This document shows, piece after piece, positions 8,089-16,042 of a stretch of 31,873 nt of DNA. How positions within the stretch are numbered: position 1 is the first letter of the stretch; every line of letters starts with the position of its first letter. Position numbers and translations under genes: made by a program. Origin of the DNA: Bacteroidales bacterium (lineage in GTDB: Bacteria > Bacteroidota > Bacteroidia > Bacteroidales > SKPS01); NCBI GenBank assembly GCA_046496455.1, contig JAWOGX010000204.1, positions 1 through 31,873 on the forward strand, read 5' to 3'. Below the pieces are notes generated by a model. The model searched no databases, was not told where the DNA came from, and saw only the letters and a list, made by a program, of their open reading frames with translations.

Positions 8089-11037
8089 CTAATTCCCAAG
8101 CAATTTCAATGAGAACATCCACTCCCCCTCCGGTGAACCCGATTGCTGAAACTTTCCGGCATATCCGACAGACCAGGTTGTTTTTAAATAGGAGAACAAA
8201 ACAACTTCCATATCTACTTGAATACCTGCATTAAATACGACACCCCTGTCGTTCCCTGAAAAGGGATCAAGAAGGAGTTGCGTTGCAAAGAGGGACGATT
8301 TGATGAACGATGGATAAAGCCAGGTGAAGCCGGCATCCCGTATCCTCAGCGGTTTCAGGTTCAATTCTTCCATGATTTTCAAAAAACTTCCGGCGTAAAC
8401 AGCATCGATATCAGCACCCGGAAAGGCAAGGACATCTCTGTATTGGTCCACGGGCTGACAATCCACAATGTTATTTCTGAATCCTCCGAAGTAAAACCTG
8501 GAAAATGGGGATTCCTTTGCACCGAAAGCATGTCCGGCACTGCTCCTGATCCAGAAGCTGGTATTCCGGACACCGGGAACCAGCCATCCGAAATGTTGTT
8601 CAGAAATCAGTGATGCATAGAGGCTTTTCCCGGCCAGGTAGCTGTGTCCGGTTACAGCCCAGCGATACCCCTTTTCGTCTTCCACAGCGCCCAGCGTACG
8701 CCGAAGTTTTGAGATACCTGCCTCAATGGATGCATCCTGTAAGTCCTGTATCGGAGAAGCCACATCCTGAAATTGCGGGAGCACTTCCAAATCGCCATAA
8801 TGGTTGATGGAAAAACCGTAATACCATTTTAAAGGGGACTGAAGGAGATGGTTCTTACGGTAACTGACCCCGAGGGAGTACCCGGCACGGCTGCGACGGA
8901 TTGGCCCGAACAGGTCATAAAAATCGGTTTGATTCCAGTTCGCATGAAAAGTCCAGAACCAATAGTTCCACTTGAACTGCCCGTGAAACTTCTGCCTATC
9001 CGGGTAAGGACTCCATGGAGATCCGCCAAGAAACAGGGACATATTTGAGATGCCTGTCCGGTCACTCCAATTGATGCGGTATCCCAGTGCAATGGTTTGC
9101 TTATACCCGGAAATATCAGGAAAGGCATTGATCAGTGACATGTTCTTCAATGGAATGTATGGCGCCTCGGTAATCTTCAGGGAATCTGTATTGACATGTG
9201 AAGCGGGGGCAAGGGAATAATCTTTCAGACCGGGATTCTTTCTGATAGCCAGATTTCCCAGGAATTCAATCGGATTGGCATCTTCGAACACCTGTACCGG
9301 TATCAGGCCCGGTTGCATTCCGTTACGATGAAACTTCAGCACAAATAGTGAGTCGCTGCTGACATAAAGTGGGGCAAACAGGCCGTTATCATCGTTGGAC
9401 AGCAACTCGAAGGATTGATCTGCCAGTCCAATGCGCCAGATATTGGAAACGCCCGTATAGTATGAAGTACCAACCAAATATTGGCCATCCGGTGAAAACC
9501 GGAACTGAGACAGGGTATTGTCATCAAGCTGATGCACAGTTGTAAAGGATTTTGAGCCCATCTCAAGCGCTCCGAGATCAAACATGATCAGCGACTGTTC
9601 CCCCCGGATACCGGTGAGGGTGGCACTAAGCTTTTTGCCATCCCCTGAGATGTCCAGATCCAGCATCGACTTCCCGAAATCTGCCGTGTACATTGGAATG
9701 ATCTTGTCATAAGGTTCCGGTATTTTTACAAGTTTGGCATAACCGTTATCGTGCTGCACACCCCATAAGGAGCGGTCCGTGGGGTTAAATGCCAGATTGC
9801 CGGTCCTGGAGTATCTGATCAGGGTCTTGCGCTTCCCTGTTAACCCGTCAATCTGCACAAGGCTCCTGTATTTGTTGTTTTGTTCCGAAATAAAGATCTG
9901 TTTTCGCTCCGCATCGAATGCAAGAAATGTAACAGAATAGAGCATTGGGGAATTCACCTCGGCAACCTTTCTGATCCGGCCTGACTCTATCTCTATGGCA
10001 ACAATCTGCGCGACGGAACCCGGGTGGTTGATTGCTGCATACACGGTGTTCTCTGAGGCATCAAAACCTACCGTGGATACGCTCCCAATGGGTGCATCAG
10101 TGATGGGCCGGAAAGCATTCTGCGGATATGCCCTGATCAATGCAAGATTACTCTGCTGAAACTGGCGCTCAAACCCGATCCACTCCATCCATGCTTCCTG
10201 CACAGGTTTTCCGTAGACCCTCCTGAACTGCGTCCCATAAAAGGCACTGCTCTCATCAGTACGGGAGTAAAATGCTTTAAGCTTCTCTTCCCCATACTGT
10301 TGCGACAGGTAGGTGATAAAACGTGTTCCGTAGAGGTAAGCATTTGCCCCCACCTGAAAATCGATGGTTGTACCTTCTGTTTCAAGGCCAACAGGAGAAT
10401 AGATCCTGTCCCCTTCATTCACAATACTTCGGAAGTACATCTCGTCGTATGGGCCCAAAGCACGTCCTAAACCACCTGATGTCCAGGTTTCCAGGTAACA
10501 GGCAATCCCTTCATGATACCACCTTGGCGCATACCATCGTGGTGTGGTGAGGTAGCTCCATAAAGCGGATACCGGTGCTTTCTGATCCCTGACTACCTTC
10601 CCCAGCATCATCTTTCTCCAGAACTGATCTCGTTTGTTGGCCTTATCAGCCAGGGTGATATGGGTCAGCTCATGGTTAGACAACCACTGAAACCGCTCAC
10701 TGGAAGGTGTGATATTGAAAGCATAATTAAACGGAGATATTCCCAGCACTACCATATTAAAAGGCATCACAATGGCTCCCCCGTGCCCGTCATCCTCAAA
10801 ATCGGAGAGCATTACATACGTCATACGATGTTGATAATCCCAGTGCTCCTTGTGAAAGTCCAGGGCATTGTAGAACGTCCCTGCTACATGAGGCATCAGG
10901 TACGAATACCGCTTCCCGAAATAGATCAGTTCCATTTCAGAAGTTCCGAATCGATGAATCCTTTGCCCTGAAAGGGGATAAAAGCATCCGACCAGCAGCA
11001 GCATCAACAGGGCACAACCCCAATTGAAGCACTTCAT
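8089..11037 (-). CDS. Large outer-membrane-type protein: HExxH metallopeptidase-like domain + beta-propeller + probable C-terminal beta-barrel
   Basis: Signal peptide. HELTH plus downstream WYHEGIA (gluzincin-like). TolB/PD40-like repeats (LAFNPTDRSL, LDISGDGKKL, FRFSPDGQYL). Alternating amphipathic strands in the C-terminal ~350 aa. Confidence 0.75.
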   Translation of the reverse strand: MKCFNWGCALLMLLLVGCFYPLSGQRIHRFGTSEMELIYFGKRYSYLMPHVAGTFYNALDFHKEHWDYQHRMTYVMLSDFEDDGHGGAIVMPFNMVVLGISPFNYAFNITPSSERFQWLSNHELTHITLADKANKRDQFWRKMMLGKVVRDQKAPVSALWSYLTTPRWYAPRWYHEGIACYLETWTSGGLGRALGPYDEMYFRSIVNEGDRIYSPVGLETEGTTIDFQVGANAYLYGTRFITYLSQQYGEEKLKAFYSRTDESSAFYGTQFRRVYGKPVQEAWMEWIGFERQFQQSNLALIRAYPQNAFRPITDAPIGSVSTVGFDASENTVYAAINHPGSVAQIVAIEIESGRIRKVAEVNSPMLYSVTFLAFDAERKQIFISEQNNKYRSLVQIDGLTGKRKTLIRYSRTGNLAFNPTDRSLWGVQHDNGYAKLVKIPEPYDKIIPMYTADFGKSMLDLDISGDGKKLSATLTGIRGEQSLIMFDLGALEMGSKSFTTVHQLDDNTLSQFRFSPDGQYLVGTSYYTGVSNIWRIGLADQSFELLSNDDNGLFAPLYVSSDSLFVLKFHRNGMQPGLIPVQVFEDANPIEFLGNLAIRKNPGLKDYSLAPASHVNTDSLKITEAPYIPLKNMSLINAFPDISGYKQTIALGYRINWSDRTGISNMSLFLGGSPWSPYPDRQKFHGQFKWNYWFWTFHANWNQTDFYDLFGPIRRSRAGYSLGVSYRKNHLLQSPLKWYYGFSINHYGDLEVLPQFQDVASPIQDLQDASIEAGISKLRRTLGAVEDEKGYRWAVTGHSYLAGKSLYASLISEQHFGWLVPGVRNTSFWIRSSAGHAFGAKESPFSRFYFGGFRNNIVDCQPVDQYRDVLAFPGADIDAVYAGSFLKIMEELNLKPLRIRDAGFTWLYPSFIKSSLFATQLLLDPFSGNDRGVVFNAGIQVDMEVVLFSYLKTTWSVGYAGKFQQSGSPEGEWMFSLKLLGN

Positions 11038-11047
11038 ATCAGAAGTG

Positions 11048-12040
11048 TCATATTATAAAACCAAGAAACTGATTGTCAAACAGTCTTAATAATCCAATTT
11101 GCTCCTGACTAGCAATGCCAAGGCTTATGGTCTCCTGATTTCCTATGCGCGATGCATCCAGAAGGGTGGTAAGTCCCGCCACAATCTGATCAGCGATGAC
11201 GGGTAAGCCATCATTCAGAAACAGACCCAGCTCATCCATGTTCAGCAATTGCTGATCTCCTGAAATATTCCGGAGGTCAGAGGCAATCACCCCTTGAAGC
11301 GTTGCTTTGAACGTTTCGGCCGCAACCAGTTCCCGTACACCTTCCTCATTGTTCATTAACTTTTTCTTGTCCAGGTAACGAAGGGTGGGTTTGTCCTGCG
11401 CGACGACAGCTGCCGTGGTCATATTCAATACAAGGATATCATGTGCATCCTGTAGTTCAGGGGTCGAAAGTAATGGATTGGCAGATAAGTAACTTGATAT
11501 AGCATTGATATAACCCAGTATGGCTCCGTCAAAACTACGGATCCTGGCAATGGCATCCTGTGCATTGTTGAGGTAGAAAATCACAGGTATCTGTAAAGTG
11601 GTATCAAGGGATGAAACCGCGTCAATCGCTGTCAGAATCTCAACTCTTGACGTGCCCAGATAAGTTTCCATTTTCTTCAGCACTGCCTGATATTGCAGGA
11701 GTTCCTGAACATTTGATGCCTGCTTCTGATCGGATGTGATGCGATCGGTTGCGTTCAACACCTGCTGCAGATCGGATGCAGTGCGTACGGCATAATAGTA
11801 ATAATAGGTAAGATACCGCTCATACTGCGCCCTCTTTGCCGTGTCGTCCAACAGCTCATTTCTCAGTTTAATGTCATCTTCTGTTACCTGCACGTTCCGG
11901 TAACGGTCAACCTTGCCGATGGTGCCAGCGAGATCCTTTTTGTCTGTTTTTGGATAATCTACATAAAGGCCAATAAAAAACCCAATGACCAATGTGAGCG
12001 CAGCAATGAGGATTGCATGAATTCGTTTGATTTTTTTCAT
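11048..12040 (-). CDS. Hypothetical bitopic membrane protein
   Basis: MKKIKRIH + hydrophobic AILIAALTLVIGFFIGLYV anchor, then a helical soluble domain. Start placed at ATG 12040 rather than 12094. Confidence 0.75.
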   Translation of the reverse strand: MKKIKRIHAILIAALTLVIGFFIGLYVDYPKTDKKDLAGTIGKVDRYRNVQVTEDDIKLRNELLDDTAKRAQYERYLTYYYYYAVRTASDLQQVLNATDRITSDQKQASNVQELLQYQAVLKKMETYLGTSRVEILTAIDAVSSLDTTLQIPVIFYLNNAQDAIARIRSFDGAILGYINAISSYLSANPLLSTPELQDAHDILVLNMTTAAVVAQDKPTLRYLDKKKLMNNEEGVRELVAAETFKATLQGVIASDLRNISGDQQLLNMDELGLFLNDGLPVIADQIVAGLTTLLDASRIGNQETISLGIASQEQIGLLRLFDNQFLGFII

Positions 12041-12070
12041 GGTGTAGTTGGCGTTAATGGATGAACCTTG

Positions 12071-12078
12071 CGAAGTTA
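12071..12078 (-). promoter_or_regulatory. Possible -7 element variant (TAACTTCG)
   Basis: One mismatch to TAnnTTTG, ~30 nt upstream of ATG 12040. Confidence 0.35.
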
Positions 12079-12118
12079 GAAAGTATGGATGCATATTCCA
12101 AATATTCCACAGTGTAAT

Positions 12119-13117
12119 TCAGGATTCAAGTTGAGTTATCTTCCAAAGTTCACGATATTTCATCTTCAGCAGCGGTTGCAGAGCGAGCATACCTGTAACG
12201 CCGATTCTTCTTCTTAAGGCAGAAAACTCTTTCAGTTTATCAGAAACATCCTGTGTTTCCATCCATTGAATGCCCGCTTCCTTCAGCAGGATATTTCTTT
12301 TAACCAGCAGCGACAGTTCAAGATGCAGTGTCAGATAACAGTAAATATCAAGGATCATTTCCGGAGAGCATTGGTGCTTTAGGGATAGGAGGTATTTACC
12401 CGCTTTGTCATCAGCAAGCTCACCCCTCTTGATCATACCCAGCAATCTGACTTCAGTAGCAAGTTCAATCTCCATCCAGGCACGCAGAAGTTGCCCGGCC
12501 CGGTAAAAAGTGATCCCGAAGATCAGGGGGAATAAGATAAAAATCAACATGGTTTGCAGATAGAGATCAAGCAGGAAATGGTTGAATGCGCTGTGAAGCA
12601 TTATGGCGATAACCAGGCCCGGTATTACAGCAACTGCCGGGTGGATATCCCGCTGGATGCCCGCTATCATGACTATCGCAAACAAGGCGCATCCACCTCC
12701 ATGCATCATGGAGGTTCCAAAACCTCGTAAAACCCAAACCATCAAACCCTGATCAGTCCCTGCACCGAAGATCAGATGCAGGTTCTCGGCGAGGGCAAAG
12801 CCTGCACCAACGGCAAAGCCATAGATGGCAGCATCAATGGTAAATCCGATATGTCGCTTTCTGATCAGAAAGATGATAAATAATGCTTTAATCAGTTCTT
12901 CGGTAACCGGCGACACATATCTTATAAATTGCTGGTAATCAAATGCTGTTGCCTGATTAACGGTAGTATTGACGATCCATGCCACCTGTGCACCCACTAT
13001 TCCCCAGGCAAAGGAGTATATCAACCACTTTCGTGCAACCAGCTTAAAACTGTCGAGGAGATACAACCCGGCGAGAAACAGGACTGCGGGGAGAAAACTA
13101 ACCAGCGCTGCAACCAT
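12119..13117 (-). CDS. prsW: PrsW-family glutamic-type intramembrane protease with C-terminal extension
   Basis: VTEELIKA (EExxK), GFALAENL (FxxxEN), SMMHG and LHSAFN motifs, multiple TMs. The 13118-13261 extension in the ORF track runs through the heptamer repeat and is probably non-coding. Confidence 0.85.
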   Translation of the reverse strand: MVAALVSFLPAVLFLAGLYLLDSFKLVARKWLIYSFAWGIVGAQVAWIVNTTVNQATAFDYQQFIRYVSPVTEELIKALFIIFLIRKRHIGFTIDAAIYGFAVGAGFALAENLHLIFGAGTDQGLMVWVLRGFGTSMMHGGGCALFAIVMIAGIQRDIHPAVAVIPGLVIAIMLHSAFNHFLLDLYLQTMLIFILFPLIFGITFYRAGQLLRAWMEIELATEVRLLGMIKRGELADDKAGKYLLSLKHQCSPEMILDIYCYLTLHLELSLLVKRNILLKEAGIQWMETQDVSDKLKEFSALRRRIGVTGMLALQPLLKMKYRELWKITQLES

Positions 13118-13147
13118 AGGATCAATAAAGTATTGATGTGCAATGTT

Positions 13148-13223
13148 AAAGTAAAAAGGCAAAAGGCAAAAGGCAAAAGTAAAAAGGCAAAAGTAAAAAG
13201 GCAAAAGTAAAAAGGCAAAAGTA
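13148..13223. repeat. Heptamer tandem repeat (AAAAGGC / AAAAGTA)
   Basis: 13154-13223 holds 10 full heptamers (6 AAAAGGC, 4 AAAAGTA), preceded by a partial unit. Confidence 0.95.
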
Positions 13224-13267
13224 TCAAAGTAAGTCAAATCGCGAATCCGGTTACATAGCACCCGGTG

Positions 13268-13387
13268 CTACCCTTTTTCAACCACTTCGTGGTTGTCTGG
13301 GATGCCATCCCCCAACCCCAAAGGGATTAACTATGGGTAGAGAGATGCAGCCCAAAGAAAATCCCGAAGGGATTGAATCGGGGTAAG
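13268..13387. repeat. Three REP-like hairpin units (stem-GAA-stem + GGGTA(A)G tail), one inverted
   Basis: CAACCAC-TTC-GTGGTTG (13279-13295) preceded by CTACCC; AACCCC-AAA-GGGATT...GGGTAG; AATCCC-GAA-GGGATT (13360-13374)...GGGTAAG. Confidence 0.65.
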
Positions 13388-13440
13388 ATGAGCCTCCTGA
13401 TCTTTAACCTTCACAGATAAAGCTGCTGCTGTTAATACGC

Positions 13441-13504
13441 CTAAACAGCCAAACCTTCAAACACATAACCAGCTAAAGCATTTCAACATCTAAACGGTCA
13501 ACGC
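13441..13504. repeat. Degenerate 8-nt periodic tract
   Basis: CTAAACAG CCAAACCT TCAAACAC ATAACCAG CTAAAGCA TTTCAACA TCTAAACG GTCAACGC. Confidence 0.4.
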
Positions 13505-13520
13505 TACTTAAGCATTGACA

Positions 13521-13572
13521 TACTTTTGGCTTTTCATGCCTTTAGCCTTTAGCCTTTTGCCTTTAGCCTTTA
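13521..13572. repeat. Heptamer tract (GCCTTTA/GCCTTTT), inverted relative to 13148-13223
   Basis: TACTTTT GGCTTTT, then GCCTTTA GCCTTTA GCCTTTT GCCTTTA GCCTTTA (13538-13572). GCCTTTT and TACTTTT are the reverse complements of AAAAGGC and AAAAGTA. Confidence 0.9.
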
Positions 13573-13617
13573 TGAAATTTGCGTCATTATGTTGGGTGGC
13601 GCATTGTCGCAGGCAGG

Positions 13618-13653
13618 AAAATAAAAAAGAGGCCCGTCTCCACAGGCCTCTTT
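13618..13653 (-). terminator. Rho-independent terminator downstream of tRNA-Phe
   Basis: 9-bp stem AAAGAGGCC/GGCCTCTTT with a 10-nt loop, followed on the minus strand by a U-rich run. Confidence 0.8.
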
Positions 13654-13773
13654 CAATCTCTTAGCAGTTAACCGTCAACTTATCACCCCGCCTCCGGCAG
13701 GGTGGCAGCTGCTAATAATTTGACTTCGCTCCGCTCGTCAAATCCTTGCATCTGCTCACTTTTAACTTTTTCG

Positions 13774-13846
<73 letters not shown>

Positions 13847-13978
13847 CTCATCATTGGGACTGCAAATTAACAACCTTTTCAACAAATCACCAAATTTTTT
13901 TTAATGACGGCAAAAGGTAAGGCGGCTGTTACTTTTTACCCCGGTGGTCCGTCATAACCTCATCTCGATGCAGAGTGC

Positions 13979-13986
13979 TATCTTTG
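13979..13986 (+). promoter_or_regulatory. -7 element TATCTTTG for the coaX operon
   Basis: Exact TAnnTTTG match 20 nt upstream of ATG 14007. Confidence 0.7.
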
Positions 13987-14006
13987 CACAGATTTTTACC
14001 GATGGT

Positions 14007-14741
14007 ATGAAACTCATTATCGATATCGGGAACACCACCCGGAAGTATTATTTCTTTGAAGGGAAGGAGCTCACTGGTGAAGTGCATTCAGAAGAGCACC
14101 CTTCAGTTGGTTTCATTGAGGCGTTGCAGCGGGAACACGGACCATTCAGCAGTGCGGTCCTGAGTACGGTGGTGAGCCTTGGCGTGGATTTCGTTAAAGG
14201 GTTGCAACAGATGATGCCCTTGCTGATTTTTGATCAAAAAACCCGGCTTCCGCTTACCAACCTGTATAGCACCCCCGCAACCCTTGGTCCCGACAGGCTT
14301 GCTGCGGCGGTAGCCGGCCACGCCATGTTCCCCGGTAGCCCTGTACTGGTGATTGATGCCGGAACCTGTATCAAGTATGACCTGGTGAAGGATGACGCTT
14401 ATCACGGAGGAATCATTGCTCCGGGGATACGGATGCAGGCGAAGGCGTTGCATACTTTTACCGACAGGCTGCCGTTAGTGAATCCGGATCCCGGGATGGA
14501 GTGTCCCCTGACAGGAGCTTCCACCACGGGGTCGATCCTCAGCGGAATCATCAATGCCACCGTGGCATCCATGGAGGGAATCATAGCCAGGTACATGGAT
14601 GAGAACCCGGGTCTAATGATAATTTTAAGCGGGGGAGACCTCAATTATTTTGATAAAAGGCTAAAATATAGCATCTTTGCACTCCCAAATCTGGTAGCTG
14701 CAGGTTTGAACGAAATACTTGACTTTAATGAAAGTACATAA
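14007..14741 (+). CDS. coaX: Type III pantothenate kinase
   Basis: IIDIGNT, LGPDRL, VIDAGTC and GGIIAPG motifs. Confidence 0.95.
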   Translation: MKLIIDIGNTTRKYYFFEGKELTGEVHSEEHPSVGFIEALQREHGPFSSAVLSTVVSLGVDFVKGLQQMMPLLIFDQKTRLPLTNLYSTPATLGPDRLAAAVAGHAMFPGSPVLVIDAGTCIKYDLVKDDAYHGGIIAPGIRMQAKALHTFTDRLPLVNPDPGMECPLTGASTTGSILSGIINATVASMEGIIARYMDENPGLMIILSGGDLNYFDKRLKYSIFALPNLVAAGLNEILDFNEST

Positions 14742-15996
14742 AAAGTGTTTGTTTTTTCTGGTTCTGTCCTTTCTGAGCCTTCATGTCGCACAGGGGCAAT
14801 CCACGTATCAATCGCCCTATTCCCGATTCGGGCTTGGTGATCTGTACCTGCCTTCGAATGCGATGAATGGTGCCATGGGAGGGCTGAAGTACGGTTTCAG
14901 GTCACCTTTTCTGGTCAATCCCTCAAACCCGGCATCCTATACAGCGTTCAACAAAAACTACTTTGTGTTTGATGCCGGTCTGCAGGGGAGTCTGGTCAGG
15001 ATGTCAGCAGAGGAGAAAACACGCGATGACGGGCAATTCGGGCTTGGCAGCATGACTTTTGGTGTTCCGCTGAATGACAGGTGGAGCGGTGCTTTGGGTT
15101 TGGTTCCGTGGTCATCGGTGGGTTACCGGATTTCAGACCCTGAGGTACATCCCGATTTTGGTGGATACAATACCATATTTGAAGGGAATGGCGGGCTGAA
15201 CCGTGTTTTTATCGGCACTGCCCGCAAATTCGGGAAGAGCCTGTCGGCCGGGATTAATTTAAACTACATGTTTGGTTCCCTGAACTATATGCAGACAGTC
15301 ACATTCGATTCCACCAACTTCCTGAATCTCCGTTCAGAGAAGTCGAGAATTGCCAGTGACATCTCCTGGGATGCCGGTGTGCAGTATATGTCCATGCTCA
15401 ATGAGGAACGTGGGCTGATGCTCGTCGCAGGAGCCGCTGTTGCCTTACCGGCTTCCATCACAATGCGCGAAGATGTGCTTACAGAGACCTTCCGGTACAG
15501 TGGTTCAGGGGTGGTGATGGTGAGGGATACCGTAGATTTTGTGAAAGGGGAAAAAGGGGAAGTGAAAATACCGATGAACCTTGCCGGTGGTGTAAGCCTT
15601 CGCAGGGGCGACCGCTGGATGCTCGGTGCCGACTTTGCCATGCAGGACTGGACCCGTTATGAGGCGTTCGGGCAGACCGACTCGCTCTCTTCCAGTTACC
15701 AGGTTGCCCTGGGGGGTGAATACAAAGTGAACAATATTTTCCTGCGGGGTGGTGCCCGGTTCAATCAGACGTACCTTCAGCTTAAAGGGAACCAGCTCAA
15801 CGAGTATGGCATCAGTTTTGGACTTGGAGTCCCCGTTTACAATAAATCCTACAGCGTTTCCATGTTGAGTGCAGGCGTAGAAATCGGGCAGAGGGGAACG
15901 AAAGAGAACGGACTTATCAAAGAGAATTTCGGACGAATCTGGGTCAGTTTTACCATGAACCAGGAGCGTTGGTTTAAAAGAAGAGAGTACTTATAG
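14728..15996 (+). CDS. Outer-membrane beta-barrel protein (FadL-like, conserved next to coaX in Bacteroidota)
   Basis: Signal peptide, SPYSRFGLGD, MGG...NPSNPAS, amphipathic strands, C-terminal WFKRREYL. Overlaps the coaX stop. Confidence 0.75.
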   Translation: MKVHKKCLFFLVLSFLSLHVAQGQSTYQSPYSRFGLGDLYLPSNAMNGAMGGLKYGFRSPFLVNPSNPASYTAFNKNYFVFDAGLQGSLVRMSAEEKTRDDGQFGLGSMTFGVPLNDRWSGALGLVPWSSVGYRISDPEVHPDFGGYNTIFEGNGGLNRVFIGTARKFGKSLSAGINLNYMFGSLNYMQTVTFDSTNFLNLRSEKSRIASDISWDAGVQYMSMLNEERGLMLVAGAAVALPASITMREDVLTETFRYSGSGVVMVRDTVDFVKGEKGEVKIPMNLAGGVSLRRGDRWMLGADFAMQDWTRYEAFGQTDSLSSSYQVALGGEYKVNNIFLRGGARFNQTYLQLKGNQLNEYGISFGLGVPVYNKSYSVSMLSAGVEIGQRGTKENGLIKENFGRIWVSFTMNQERWFKRREYL

Positions 15997-16042
15997 CATT
16001 TTGAATTATCACGCAAATCAATCAATAAACCCTAAAAGACCG

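Noticed and set aside
12929-13261. ORFs with KRQKAKVK or FAFCLLPF repeats, and the N-terminal extension of PrsW
   Set aside because: These are translations of the non-coding heptamer tract.
13148-13572. CRISPR array
   Set aside because: Units are 7-8 nt tandem repeats or short hairpins with no unique spacers, and no cas genes are present.
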